DNA from: Pontiella sp. | Lineage (GTDB): Bacteria > Verrucomicrobiota > Kiritimatiellia > Kiritimatiellales > Pontiellaceae | DNA length: 36,261 bases | Reading direction: 5' to 3' | Assembly: GCA_029935255.1 (NCBI GenBank) | Contig: JAOZKS010000001.1 | Location: forward strand, 1 to 36,261 | Part shown: positions 9,340-17,642 of the stretch, one piece after another | Position numbering within the stretch: the stretch's first letter is position 1 | How the letters are laid out: each line of letters opens with the position of its first letter | Notes under the pieces: generated by a model | Told to the model about the DNA's origin: nothing | Databases searched by the model: none | Seen by the model: only the letters and a program-made list of their open reading frames with translations | Program-made: the position numbers and the translations under genes

Positions 9340-9636
9340 TTAGTCAGAGATAAAATGTCCGATCCATTTCCCAAAGACATATTCGCCGTTTTGCTCATCC
9401 CACAGGCCAATCCAATACCAGTTTCCCCATGCAGGAACTTGAAATTCATAAGTTCCGGCGTGGTCGTAGGTTTCAAACGCTCTCAGCCAATTCCCCGCCT
9501 GTTCGTCCCAGATGCACACCAAGTGGCCTCCCTGAAGTTCCGGGAGGGCAAGCCGCTCCTGCGGAAGACCGACACTGCTGCTGAAAGCGTTTGCACAGAG
9601 TATTGATATGATTAGTGCTATTGTTGTTTTTTTCAT
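9340..9636 (-). CDS. Small secreted Trp-rich protein
   Basis: GAGGA RBS; signal peptide MKKTTIALIISILCANAFS; mature part resembles the C-terminal domain of the upstream Ig-repeat protein. Confidence 0.8.
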   Translation of the reverse strand: MKKTTIALIISILCANAFSSSVGLPQERLALPELQGGHLVCIWDEQAGNWLRAFETYDHAGTYEFQVPAWGNWYWIGLWDEQNGEYVFGKWIGHFISD

Positions 9637-9663
9637 CGTATTCCTCATCGTCTTGTTATTCGT

Positions 9664-11328
9664 CTACATTCTAAACCAACGGCCATGTACAAGTATCCAT
9701 TCGCCAGCGACGGCATCGTATTCGCGCAGCCCCAGCCAGTACCATTGGTTCGGTGTCACATTCTCGATCACGATTTCCTCCGGCTCGTACTCCTCGCCGA
9801 GTTCTATCATCGTCTGAACAACGTCATCCCATAGCTCTGCGGAAACCGTCTTGCCATCAAATCCGCTTAACGGAAAGATCACTTGGTCGCCAATAGCCAT
9901 GACCACAAGCGTCTTCGATGCGGTCTTTCCGTCAAAGCTCGCACGGAGGGTTAATTGCTCATCGGCAGCAAGGTTGCCCGCCGTCAAAAGGCCTAAGCCG
10001 CTGATCGACGCGTAAGTCGAATCTTCGCTCCACGTCGGATTCACTTCGCCGCTGGTGCCATCGGAATAGTATGCCGTACAGACATACTGGATCGTTGTGT
10101 TTTCCTCTAGGCTCCCCGGTCCGGAAATTGTAAGGCTCGTCACCACCACCGGCGGGGCAACAAAGTTAATCGTCACAGCATGCTCGGCCTGCTTCCCGCC
10201 ATAGGTAGCGGTAATGATGCAGCCCTGATCTACTGTGACATCGCCTGTCACCAAATATCCCGATGAATCGATGCTTGCGAAGGAGGAGTTTTCGCTCCAG
10301 CTCGGAACAACCACCTGGCTTGTTCCGTCCGAATAAATTGCAGTACAGACATACAGAGCCGAACTTTCTTCATCCACATAGGTCTGCCCGGAAATCGTAA
10401 TGCCTTCCAGCGTCGGCGGCACATAATGGATCGTTAAAGCATGCGTATCACTCTTTCCACCAAAACTCGCCGTAACCATGAGGCCATGATCCGAAGCAAC
10501 ATCACCCGCTTCCAGCACGCCAGAGCTACTAATGGTTGCAAAGGAGGAGTTCTCACTCCAGTTCGGAACAACTACGCTGCTGGAGCCATCTGAATAGGAT
10601 GCGGTACAGACATACTGCGCCGTGGTTTCTTCATCCATCAACGAGGGTCCGGAAATGGCAATACTCGTTAGCAACGGAGCAACATACCGAATGGTCACCG
10701 CATGCGTATCGGTTTCTCCATTAAAGCTCGCGGTGATCGTCGCGACGGCATCGGCCGAAACATTGAGCGCACTAAACACGCCTGAAGCACTGATGGTTGC
10801 GAAGGAGGAGTTTTCGCTCCAATCCGGAACAACCCCCGCGCTGGAGCCGTCTGAATAGGTCGCGGTGCAGACATACTGCGCCGTCGTCTCTTCATTCACG
10901 GATGAGGGGCCGGCGATCACGATCCCCGTCAACACGGGCGGGATATCTGCAACGGAAACCATATACACAGCCGTTTTCCCACTATAGTCAGCGGTTACGG
11001 TTATGGTTTGATCCGCATTAATATTACCCACGGATAGCACCCCTGAACTGTTGATCGCCGCCTCAACGGAATCCTCGCTCCAACTCGGGGAAACCGTCGC
11101 AGTCGTATTATCCGAATAGCTCGCGGTGCACACATACTGTGCCGAGGTTCCCTCGGCCATGCCTTCCGAACCGGAGATAGAGATTGCTGTTAGCACGGGG
11201 GCAGGCGGAGGATCCGGGGGCGGGGGCGGAGAGACGGAATACGCATCTGAAACAATTAATCCCATTGCCATCGAAGCCATACATAAGACCCTCAACCTTT
11301 TTTTGGTTTGACTGACCTTTTCGTTCAT
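9664..11328 (-). CDS. Secreted protein with five bacterial Ig-like repeats and a Trp-rich C-terminal domain
   Basis: Signal peptide, poly-Pro linker, five ~87-aa repeats (LTxIxISG...QYVCTAxYSDG...PxWSExS...GxL). Start moved to MNEKV because the ORF-track start overlaps a sigma54 promoter. Confidence 0.88.
   Translation of the reverse strand: MNEKVSQTKKRLRVLCMASMAMGLIVSDAYSVSPPPPPDPPPAPVLTAISISGSEGMAEGTSAQYVCTASYSDNTTATVSPSWSEDSVEAAINSSGVLSVGNINADQTITVTADYSGKTAVYMVSVADIPPVLTGIVIAGPSSVNEETTAQYVCTATYSDGSSAGVVPDWSENSSFATISASGVFSALNVSADAVATITASFNGETDTHAVTIRYVAPLLTSIAISGPSLMDEETTAQYVCTASYSDGSSSVVVPNWSENSSFATISSSGVLEAGDVASDHGLMVTASFGGKSDTHALTIHYVPPTLEGITISGQTYVDEESSALYVCTAIYSDGTSQVVVPSWSENSSFASIDSSGYLVTGDVTVDQGCIITATYGGKQAEHAVTINFVAPPVVVTSLTISGPGSLEENTTIQYVCTAYYSDGTSGEVNPTWSEDSTYASISGLGLLTAGNLAADEQLTLRASFDGKTASKTLVVMAIGDQVIFPLSGFDGKTVSAELWDDVVQTMIELGEEYEPEEIVIENVTPNQWYWLGLREYDAVAGEWILVHGRWFRM
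9890..11193 (-). repeat. Five tandem intragenic repeats (261-267 bp period)
   Basis: Repeat starts at 11193, 10932, 10671, 10410 and 10143. Confidence 0.9.
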
Positions 11329-11434
11329 TCTTCTTCCTGTATTCAAGTTTAGTGCACATAGCCTGCTACCCCAGAAGTTGCCCCGTTCGCCGATCACCGG
11401 TTTCAAACGCTGCACAGATGCGCAGATGGCTAGT

Positions 11435-11450
11435 AGCAAGGGCTGTGCCA
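11435..11450 (-). promoter_or_regulatory. Sigma54 (-24/-12) promoter
   Basis: Minus strand TGGCAC-AGCCC-TTGCT is an exact match to TGGCAC-N5-TTGCW, about 105 nt upstream of the first gene of the cluster. Confidence 0.85.
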
Positions 11451-11882
11451 TTAAAACCCTTTAAATAGTTTAACTTTGTCGCGCAAGGGTAGGATTGGAT
11501 TCCTGCAACCCCCTTCGGATTGCAGGTCGTTTCCTGCTCAAGACCCCTCTTTTATCCCTGCGCTATATTTCTATAAATCTTGTTTTCACCAGTGAGGGCT
11601 CTTCGACGCAACTCACCTCTAATCGTTCAATACTTTCTCATTAATGATAATTTCTTTGCTGTAAAATCGTGTGCAAGCGTCATCAGACTCAATCCTCTTT
11701 TATTGAGATAGCTGTCTGATTAGCTCTTTGGAAACGGGTAAAGAGTTATTTCTCTACCTGTTGCAGTTTAAGGACTAACGTAGACAGGAATACCCCTTCC
11801 TGCACGAAAACCGGGATGTTTAACTCATCGATTTTTGTAGGTCAAATAGAAATAGGAGATAAATTTTCGGCCTGATTATTTT

Positions 11883-12050
11883 GAGCCAACGGGAACCATA
11901 AGGCCCGCCCTGACTTCGCCCTTTCAGGGCAGTCCACGCCACATGGATCGACCTCCGCCCATGGGTATTTGGAGAGGAAGCGGTCCACTTTAACGGCAAG
12001 GGACTGCTGAGCGGCCCAAGGAAGGAACCCGGGAGCCCTTTTTACGGCTC
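11883..12050. ncRNA. Candidate ~170-nt rod-like structured RNA or repeat element
   Basis: Nested complementary segments GAGCC/GGCTC, GCAGTCC/GGACTGC, TGGATCG/CGGTCCA, plus a GCCCTGA/TCAGGGC hairpin; intergenic. Family not recognised. Confidence 0.35.
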
Positions 12051-12065
12051 TCCCATGAATGGTTT

Positions 12066-13742
12066 TCACTGGGCGGTGTCGATGGCGTAGAGGTAGCGCT
12101 TAATCTTCTGGGTGGTGGTTTTTTCGAACTCCTCGAATTGGATTTGTACCTTGCGCGGACGCTTGTAACTCGATAACGGCTCAAGCTGTTTATGAATATC
12201 CTCCCGCAGCAACTCCTCGAGTTTCCCATCGGTCAAGCGATGGCCGGATTGGTCCTCCATGGCATCGAATACTTCCTGGTTTGGCACCACCAACAGCCCT
12301 ACACGCTCGCCGGTATCTTCCGCAGGATCGCGGTAACCCAGCACGAGGCATTCCAGAACATAGGTGCTCTTGAGCACGTGCCGCTCGATCTCGTCGGGAT
12401 AGATATTCTTGCCCTCGCGATTGACGATCAAACTCTTCTTCCGACCGTTGATGACCAGATATCCCTTTTCATCGAAATAACCCAGATCGCCCGTATGGTA
12501 CCACCCATCCATCAACACTTTTTCCGTTTCTTCGGGGTTGTTGTAGTAGCCCTGCATCACATTTTCACCGGATGCGATGATTTCGCCGACGCCTTCGGAA
12601 TTCGGATTTGAAATCCGCAATTCAACTCCATCGACGGGAAGGCCAACCGTTCCAACCCGTGGAGCCGCCGGCGGATTAAGGGTGAGTACCGGCGCGGTTT
12701 CGGTGATGCCGTATCCTTCAACAATATTAAACCCCAGCTTGCTCCACGCACCGAGCGTGGCGGGACTGATCGGCGCCCCTCCGGAGACAATCATCCGCAA
12801 CGCCCCGCCGAATCCCGCATGAACCTTTCTCCCAACCACTTTTGCCAGACCATAGCGAACCATCAAGCGGGCCGCCCGCTTCGACTCGATCCCAGCCATG
12901 ATTCGTGCGAGCATTTTTTCAAGCAGCAGCGGCACCGCCAGCAATACGGTGGGTGAAGTCTCCTCCATATTGGCCTTAATGGTTTTAAGATTCTCAACCA
13001 TGCTCACTTGGCACCGCGCATAAACCGGAAGCAGAAGCATCGCGGTGAAGGCAAAGGAGTGATGCAACGGCAGGATCAGCATAAAGTTATCGGTTGGCCG
13101 AACCTCTATGACTTTGGCGATGCTCTCCACATTCGCCATGAAATTCCGGTGGGTCAGAACCGCCCCCTTCGAGCGCCCGGTTGTGCCCGAAGTGTATATA
13201 AATGAAGCGGGAGCATCGGCCTCCGGATTCAGCCGATCATATGCCCGGGCATCCGACATGGCCACATCGGAAACCTCGTCTCGCAATTGCGCATAGTCAT
13301 GAAATTCCATCCGCTCCGCCCTCGGCAAGTCTGCGGTTCCCAGCTCCAAAACAATCACGGCACGAAGTTCATGCTGCTGATCGCCCGGCTCCGCAAACCC
13401 CATCATATTCCGTGCCGAGCAAAAAACCACGGACACCCCGCAGTCGTGGAAAATATGTGCCACCTCCTGCTCCCGCAGTTTTGCATCCACCGGCACGGCG
13501 ATCGCTCCGAGCCCAATCGTTCCATAGTAGAGCTCGTACCATTCCGGTGAATTCTCGTGGAAAATTGCGACGCGATCCCCCGCCTGAACTCCGAGTTTCG
13601 CCAGCATTTCCGACACGTGCCAACTGCGTTGATGCAGCATGGCGAAGGGGGTGGTTTGCCAGGCCCCGGCGCGCTTGTATTTCAGAATCACCGCATCAGG
13701 GCTTTCCGTGGCCGCCCGATTCAGGATATCTTTAATCGTCAT
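12066..13742 (-). CDS. Long-chain fatty-acid--CoA ligase (AMP-binding family)
   Basis: YTSGTTGRSKG, EGYGITE, MQGYYN, TGDLG and GRKK motifs; AAGGAG RBS before MTIKD. Confidence 0.95.
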   Translation of the reverse strand: MTIKDILNRAATESPDAVILKYKRAGAWQTTPFAMLHQRSWHVSEMLAKLGVQAGDRVAIFHENSPEWYELYYGTIGLGAIAVPVDAKLREQEVAHIFHDCGVSVVFCSARNMMGFAEPGDQQHELRAVIVLELGTADLPRAERMEFHDYAQLRDEVSDVAMSDARAYDRLNPEADAPASFIYTSGTTGRSKGAVLTHRNFMANVESIAKVIEVRPTDNFMLILPLHHSFAFTAMLLLPVYARCQVSMVENLKTIKANMEETSPTVLLAVPLLLEKMLARIMAGIESKRAARLMVRYGLAKVVGRKVHAGFGGALRMIVSGGAPISPATLGAWSKLGFNIVEGYGITETAPVLTLNPPAAPRVGTVGLPVDGVELRISNPNSEGVGEIIASGENVMQGYYNNPEETEKVLMDGWYHTGDLGYFDEKGYLVINGRKKSLIVNREGKNIYPDEIERHVLKSTYVLECLVLGYRDPAEDTGERVGLLVVPNQEVFDAMEDQSGHRLTDGKLEELLREDIHKQLEPLSSYKRPRKVQIQFEEFEKTTTQKIKRYLYAIDTAQ

Positions 13743-13756
13743 ACGCACTCCTTTTC

Positions 13757-14170
13757 CTATGCAAACACCCACCCTTTGGAAATGAAGACTTCATCGAAAA
13801 GGTTGGGGGCAATGGGGCGGCCGTTGCGGGTGAGGACTCCGGTGACTTGCGCTTCCAAAACGAGTTTCCCATCGGCTTTGCGGAGGATGGTTTGGTCGAA
13901 CACGAAGCGAACGCGGCCTTGCTTGTGCATCCCGAGTTGGACGATGAACGCATCGCGCGGCATGAGCGGAAGTTTGTAATCCATTTGGATATGGGTCACC
14001 ACGGCATCGATGCCGCCGGCATGGAGCTGGGTAAAGTTGAGGCCGACATCGTGAAGGAATTCGTGGCGCGCGTGTTCGAGATAGTTTTGGTAGACGGAGT
14101 TGTTAACAATGCCTTGGATGTCGCATTCGTAATCGCGCACCCTCATTTCTATTTCAAAAATAGGTTCCAT
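13757..14170 (-). CDS. Acyl-CoA thioesterase (YbgC/FadM hot-dog family)
   Basis: VRDYECDIQGIVNNSVYQNYLEHAR motif; TGATG overlap with the rsgA stop. Confidence 0.92.
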   Translation of the reverse strand: MEPIFEIEMRVRDYECDIQGIVNNSVYQNYLEHARHEFLHDVGLNFTQLHAGGIDAVVTHIQMDYKLPLMPRDAFIVQLGMHKQGRVRFVFDQTILRKADGKLVLEAQVTGVLTRNGRPIAPNLFDEVFISKGWVFA

Positions 14171-15249
14171 CAATAACTTCCCTTGTTCTTGCGGTTGTTG
14201 CCCTGCACGGAACGATAGAACCGGCTTAGTTTTTTATCCTGATCGCGCTTTTCGAGGACGGATTGATCATGGAATGCGGCCTCTTTCATCAGGCGGACAA
14301 AGTTGTTGTAGCGCGCTTCGGACAATTCCCCCCGCTCCACAGCCTCAACAACCGCACAGCCGAGGGTTCCGACATGCGAGCAGTCGTTGAAGCGGCATTG
14401 GGCGGCCAGCTCGGTAATATCGTCAAACGTCTCGTTGATTCCTTCGTTCACATCCAATTGGCCCAGTTCACGCATCCCCGGGGTATCGACCACCAGCGCA
14501 CCGTTTTCGAGCGTGATGAGCTCTCTCCAGGTGGTGGAGTGCAGGCCTTTTCCATCTTTGTCGCGGACAGGCAGTGTAAAGAGATAGTCCTCTTCGCCCA
14601 GCAAGTTGTTGAGCAAGGTGGTCTTCCCGACCCCGGAGGATCCGATGATGCAGTAGGTTTTCCCGGGGAGGAACAGGGCCATAACATCTTCCAGCCCGAT
14701 TCGGTTCGTGTTGCTAAAGCTCAAGATCTGCGCATTCGGCATACGTTCGCGGACTTCGCCGATGACGTGTTCAAGTTCCTCATCGGCGAGGAGGTCGCTC
14801 TTGCTCAAGAGAACGACCGGCTCGATGCCGCTTTCATTCACCATGACCAAATAGCGTTCCAGCCTCGGGAGGTTGAAACCCGGCCCGAGCGTTTGCATGA
14901 TGAAGGCGGTGTCGATGTTGGCGGCGATGAGCTGGTAGCCGGTCGTGCGACCGGCCGTTTTTCGTTTGAGCTCTGTTTTGCGCTTGAGCAGGCTCTGGAT
15001 GGTCCCGAAGCCTCCGCTGTTGAAGTCCTTAACGAGCACCCAGTCGCCGACGGTGGGATAGTCGAGTTTGGACTTGGCTTGATGCCGCAGGCGACCGGTG
15101 GTCTTGGCGGGGCGAGTCTCTTCGCCATCGGAGACTTCGCACTCGCCTTTATGAACCGCCGTCACGCGGACAATCGCGAGTCCATCCGTCGAATCCGGAT
15201 TGATCTGATCGCGGAACCATGGGCTGAAGCCGAATTCTTCCAGAGTCAT
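14170..15249 (-). CDS. rsgA: Ribosome small subunit-dependent GTPase A
   Basis: OB fold (VGDWV), circularly permuted SKSDL / GSSGVGKTT / DTPGMRE, zinc finger CRFNDCSH...GC. Confidence 0.95.
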   Translation of the reverse strand: MTLEEFGFSPWFRDQINPDSTDGLAIVRVTAVHKGECEVSDGEETRPAKTTGRLRHQAKSKLDYPTVGDWVLVKDFNSGGFGTIQSLLKRKTELKRKTAGRTTGYQLIAANIDTAFIMQTLGPGFNLPRLERYLVMVNESGIEPVVLLSKSDLLADEELEHVIGEVRERMPNAQILSFSNTNRIGLEDVMALFLPGKTYCIIGSSGVGKTTLLNNLLGEEDYLFTLPVRDKDGKGLHSTTWRELITLENGALVVDTPGMRELGQLDVNEGINETFDDITELAAQCRFNDCSHVGTLGCAVVEAVERGELSEARYNNFVRLMKEAAFHDQSVLEKRDQDKKLSRFYRSVQGNNRKNKGSY

Positions 15250-15328
15250 TGTATTTTCCCGTTTCCAAGCATTGGAAACTTGTACCATGAAACGGAGCAA
15301 TCACAAACCCAGACTCGGACGCAATGCA

Positions 15329-15565
15329 CTAGCTCGCGATGGCCGCAGGAGCAATTTCAACGACAACATCGTCACCGTAATACGCCTTGGCTTCCTTTTC
15401 CAGCCGCACTCGAACCTCTTCCTTGGTTTTACCAAACGAAGGCAAAAGCCCCGGCAGACATCCCAGAAATCCTTTGGAATTATTCTTCCGAATATACCCC
15501 TCGGAAAGTTGCATTCCGTGAACTGGATGGACAACGATTTCATCCTCTATGTAGTCATTCATCAT
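15329..15565 (-). CDS. Small protein with HicB-like N-terminal motif
   Basis: 78 aa after a GAGGG RBS; GCLPGLLPSFGKTKEEVRVRLEKEAKAYY resembles the HicB LPG...GxTxEEa pattern. Confidence 0.5.
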   Translation of the reverse strand: MMNDYIEDEIVVHPVHGMQLSEGYIRKNNSKGFLGCLPGLLPSFGKTKEEVRVRLEKEAKAYYGDDVVVEIAPAAIAS

Positions 15566-15778
15566 AACCATATCCCTCTGAAGGCTATATATGCCTGTAA
15601 AAGCGAAGGGGCAACCTCTTTTAACACTTATTTCCCTCCCCAGTTTATCCCCCGTGGAAAACCCTAGCAAAACGTTCGTTTTTAGGGCGGAGAACAGGAT
15701 TAGATCCCCTTACGAGCAGAGGGAACCGGAGGAGATCAACCTGCGGTTTGGAGCCTCACGGAAGCGATATCAGGAAAG

Positions 15779-16429
15779 TTAGTAGTCCCACCAGAGATTG
15801 AGGGTGTAGGTCTTTACGGTTTTGGATTTTCCAGCCCCGTCCGTATAGGTGTACGGATGTTTGGGCATGGGCCAATAATAGCCCACATAGGGCTGCCCGA
15901 CCTGCGCGCCAGCGGTCACGCAGCCCATCAGGTTGAAGATATCGCCTTCAACACCTTTGATCACAAAGGCATCCTGCCCAATTTGGATAATAGTCCCTTG
16001 GAAAACTTTACGTCCGGGAACTTGCTTCTTCCGGATATCGAACGCCTTCTTGGCATCGCGCCAGGCAACCTCAACCTTCTCGCCCTCCTCAATGGCACTA
16101 TCGAATTTGTATTGCAGATAATCCAACGCGGGCGAATCGATCACCTTGAGTCTGCCATTGCACGCCTCGCAATCTGGATCCTTTTCCGCCGCACAGTCCG
16201 CGCACGGAATGGTGAAGTCCGACAGCTTGATGCTCTTGGCCAGTTTGGGAGCCGTGGTGGCGAGATGCCGAAGGTGCTCCCCCGACTTTTCATACTCCCC
16301 CTGAATAAGGTTTTGGATGATGGCGTTGATGTCGTCCTTCGGTTCGGCAAGAATGGGGATGCCGAAAAAATTATTCACGCCCGAGGCGGCCGTCGCCCCC
16401 ATCAAAATTAAAACCATCCATTTCTTCAT
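15779..16429 (-). CDS. Exported hypothetical protein with CxxC...CxxC motif
   Basis: Signal-like MKKWMVLILMGATAA; CADC-AAEKDPD-CEACNG; last gene of a tightly spaced four-gene run. Confidence 0.75.
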   Translation of the reverse strand: MKKWMVLILMGATAASGVNNFFGIPILAEPKDDINAIIQNLIQGEYEKSGEHLRHLATTAPKLAKSIKLSDFTIPCADCAAEKDPDCEACNGRLKVIDSPALDYLQYKFDSAIEEGEKVEVAWRDAKKAFDIRKKQVPGRKVFQGTIIQIGQDAFVIKGVEGDIFNLMGCVTAGAQVGQPYVGYYWPMPKHPYTYTDGAGKSKTVKTYTLNLWWDY

Positions 16430-16467
16430 TTCTTGCCTTCCTGAAACTTTCACACCCTGGAGAGCGC

Positions 16468-17619
16468 TTAGTGTGTGCTAATTACAGAATTGTCGAGTGT
16501 GCCGAGCGCGGCGGCATCGGGGTCGTCGCGCGGCGCGGGGGAGAGGGGTACGTTTAGCTTGGTGGGCGAGCTGGAACCCATGCCGATCACCGTTGATCGA
16601 TAGCCCCGCTTCTTGATCTCAAAAACGCGCTCCCCATCGACAATGGTGGTGAAGGGGCTGTCGCCGAGTTTTTCCAGTCCGCCTAACCGATAAACCTCCG
16701 CGCCGGGCGGCGTGGTGACAATGGTTTTGTAGGGTATTTTCTTTAGCTCGACCTTGAGGTTTGATGGCGAACCCGGCGAAACGGCGATCGTGGATTCGTA
16801 GAACCCTTCCATGCGGACTTCGTATAGGGTGTCGCCATTGACTTCGACGGTGTGCGGAACTTCGCCCATTTGCTCGACCCCGCCCGCGCGATAGACTGCG
16901 GCCCCCGCCGGACCGGTGATGGTGACTCGCTCGATCGGATCGAGCTGAATACGAATATACCGGGGTGCATTCCTGCTGATGAGCGCAACGCGGGTCTTAA
17001 ATCCCGGAAGGCGATACTCAAGTTCGCTGCCCGCTTCGATGGTAAGTTGCTCCGGGGACGATCCGATTTTTTCGCCCGCGACTCGGTCAAATATCTCAAC
17101 CGCGCCTTGGTCGGATGAGAAGGAAATATCTTTATAGAACGACGATTTAAACCCCCCGAGCGGTTTGAGTTCGATCACATAGCTTTCGTTCGGAACGAGC
17201 TCTTGCTGAACGGATTCAAAGCCATCCATTTCAATGAGCACATGCTCGGGCACAGCCAGACGCAGACCGCAGGGCGTTACCCCAAGTTCCTCGCGGCTTA
17301 TTGAATTCAGGATGTCGGCCCCCCGCGGAAGTGTATCAATCCGCGTGCGTCCCACCCAGGCGAGGCGGTAGTGCAGTTGTTTTTTGTCCAGCGACGAAAC
17401 CACAACCTCCACTTCGACATAACCCGCTCGTTTAAGTATGAACGCACGCTCGCCCGCCATGAGATTGAACTTATAGGGCGTCGTGGCCACTTTTTTCCCC
17501 CCTTCATAGACCGCCGCTTTGGGCGAGGAGGTAATCTCGAACGAGGCACAGCCAAACGCCAGAATCAACGGCGCACATAAGACCCACTTGCCCACGGTTT
17601 GTAGCTTGATTTTTTTCAT
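16468..17619 (-). CDS. PEGA-repeat lipoprotein (five repeats)
   Basis: GGAG RBS; lipobox LAFGC; five ~67-aa units of the type (T/S)xPxGAxVY...GxTP...GY/GF. Confidence 0.85.
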   Translation of the reverse strand: MKKIKLQTVGKWVLCAPLILAFGCASFEITSSPKAAVYEGGKKVATTPYKFNLMAGERAFILKRAGYVEVEVVVSSLDKKQLHYRLAWVGRTRIDTLPRGADILNSISREELGVTPCGLRLAVPEHVLIEMDGFESVQQELVPNESYVIELKPLGGFKSSFYKDISFSSDQGAVEIFDRVAGEKIGSSPEQLTIEAGSELEYRLPGFKTRVALISRNAPRYIRIQLDPIERVTITGPAGAAVYRAGGVEQMGEVPHTVEVNGDTLYEVRMEGFYESTIAVSPGSPSNLKVELKKIPYKTIVTTPPGAEVYRLGGLEKLGDSPFTTIVDGERVFEIKKRGYRSTVIGMGSSSPTKLNVPLSPAPRDDPDAAALGTLDNSVISTH

Positions 17620-17642
17620 GAAAATCTCCAACACCTGTTTTC

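Noticed and set aside
9890-11193. Possible CRISPR array or non-coding tandem repeat
   Set aside because: Repeats are in-frame, degenerate 261-bp protein domains; no repeat-spacer structure or cas genes.
11335-11420. c-di-GMP-II riboswitch-like words (GAAAC..TGAT..GGGCAACTT..GTGCA) in the leader of the Ig-repeat gene
   Set aside because: Only scattered word matches; the required stems and pseudoknot could not be built by eye. An Infernal scan would settle it.
12012-12032. SRP RNA-like GGAAGG motif
   Set aside because: Lacks the conserved CAGG...GNRA...AGCAG helix 8 context.
14263-15567. 434-aa plus-strand ORF
   Set aside because: Antisense shadow of rsgA with no recognisable motifs.
15644-15661. 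DnaA-box-like pair TTATCCCCC / GTGGAAAA
   Set aside because: Two mismatches each, no cluster of boxes and no origin-type gene context.
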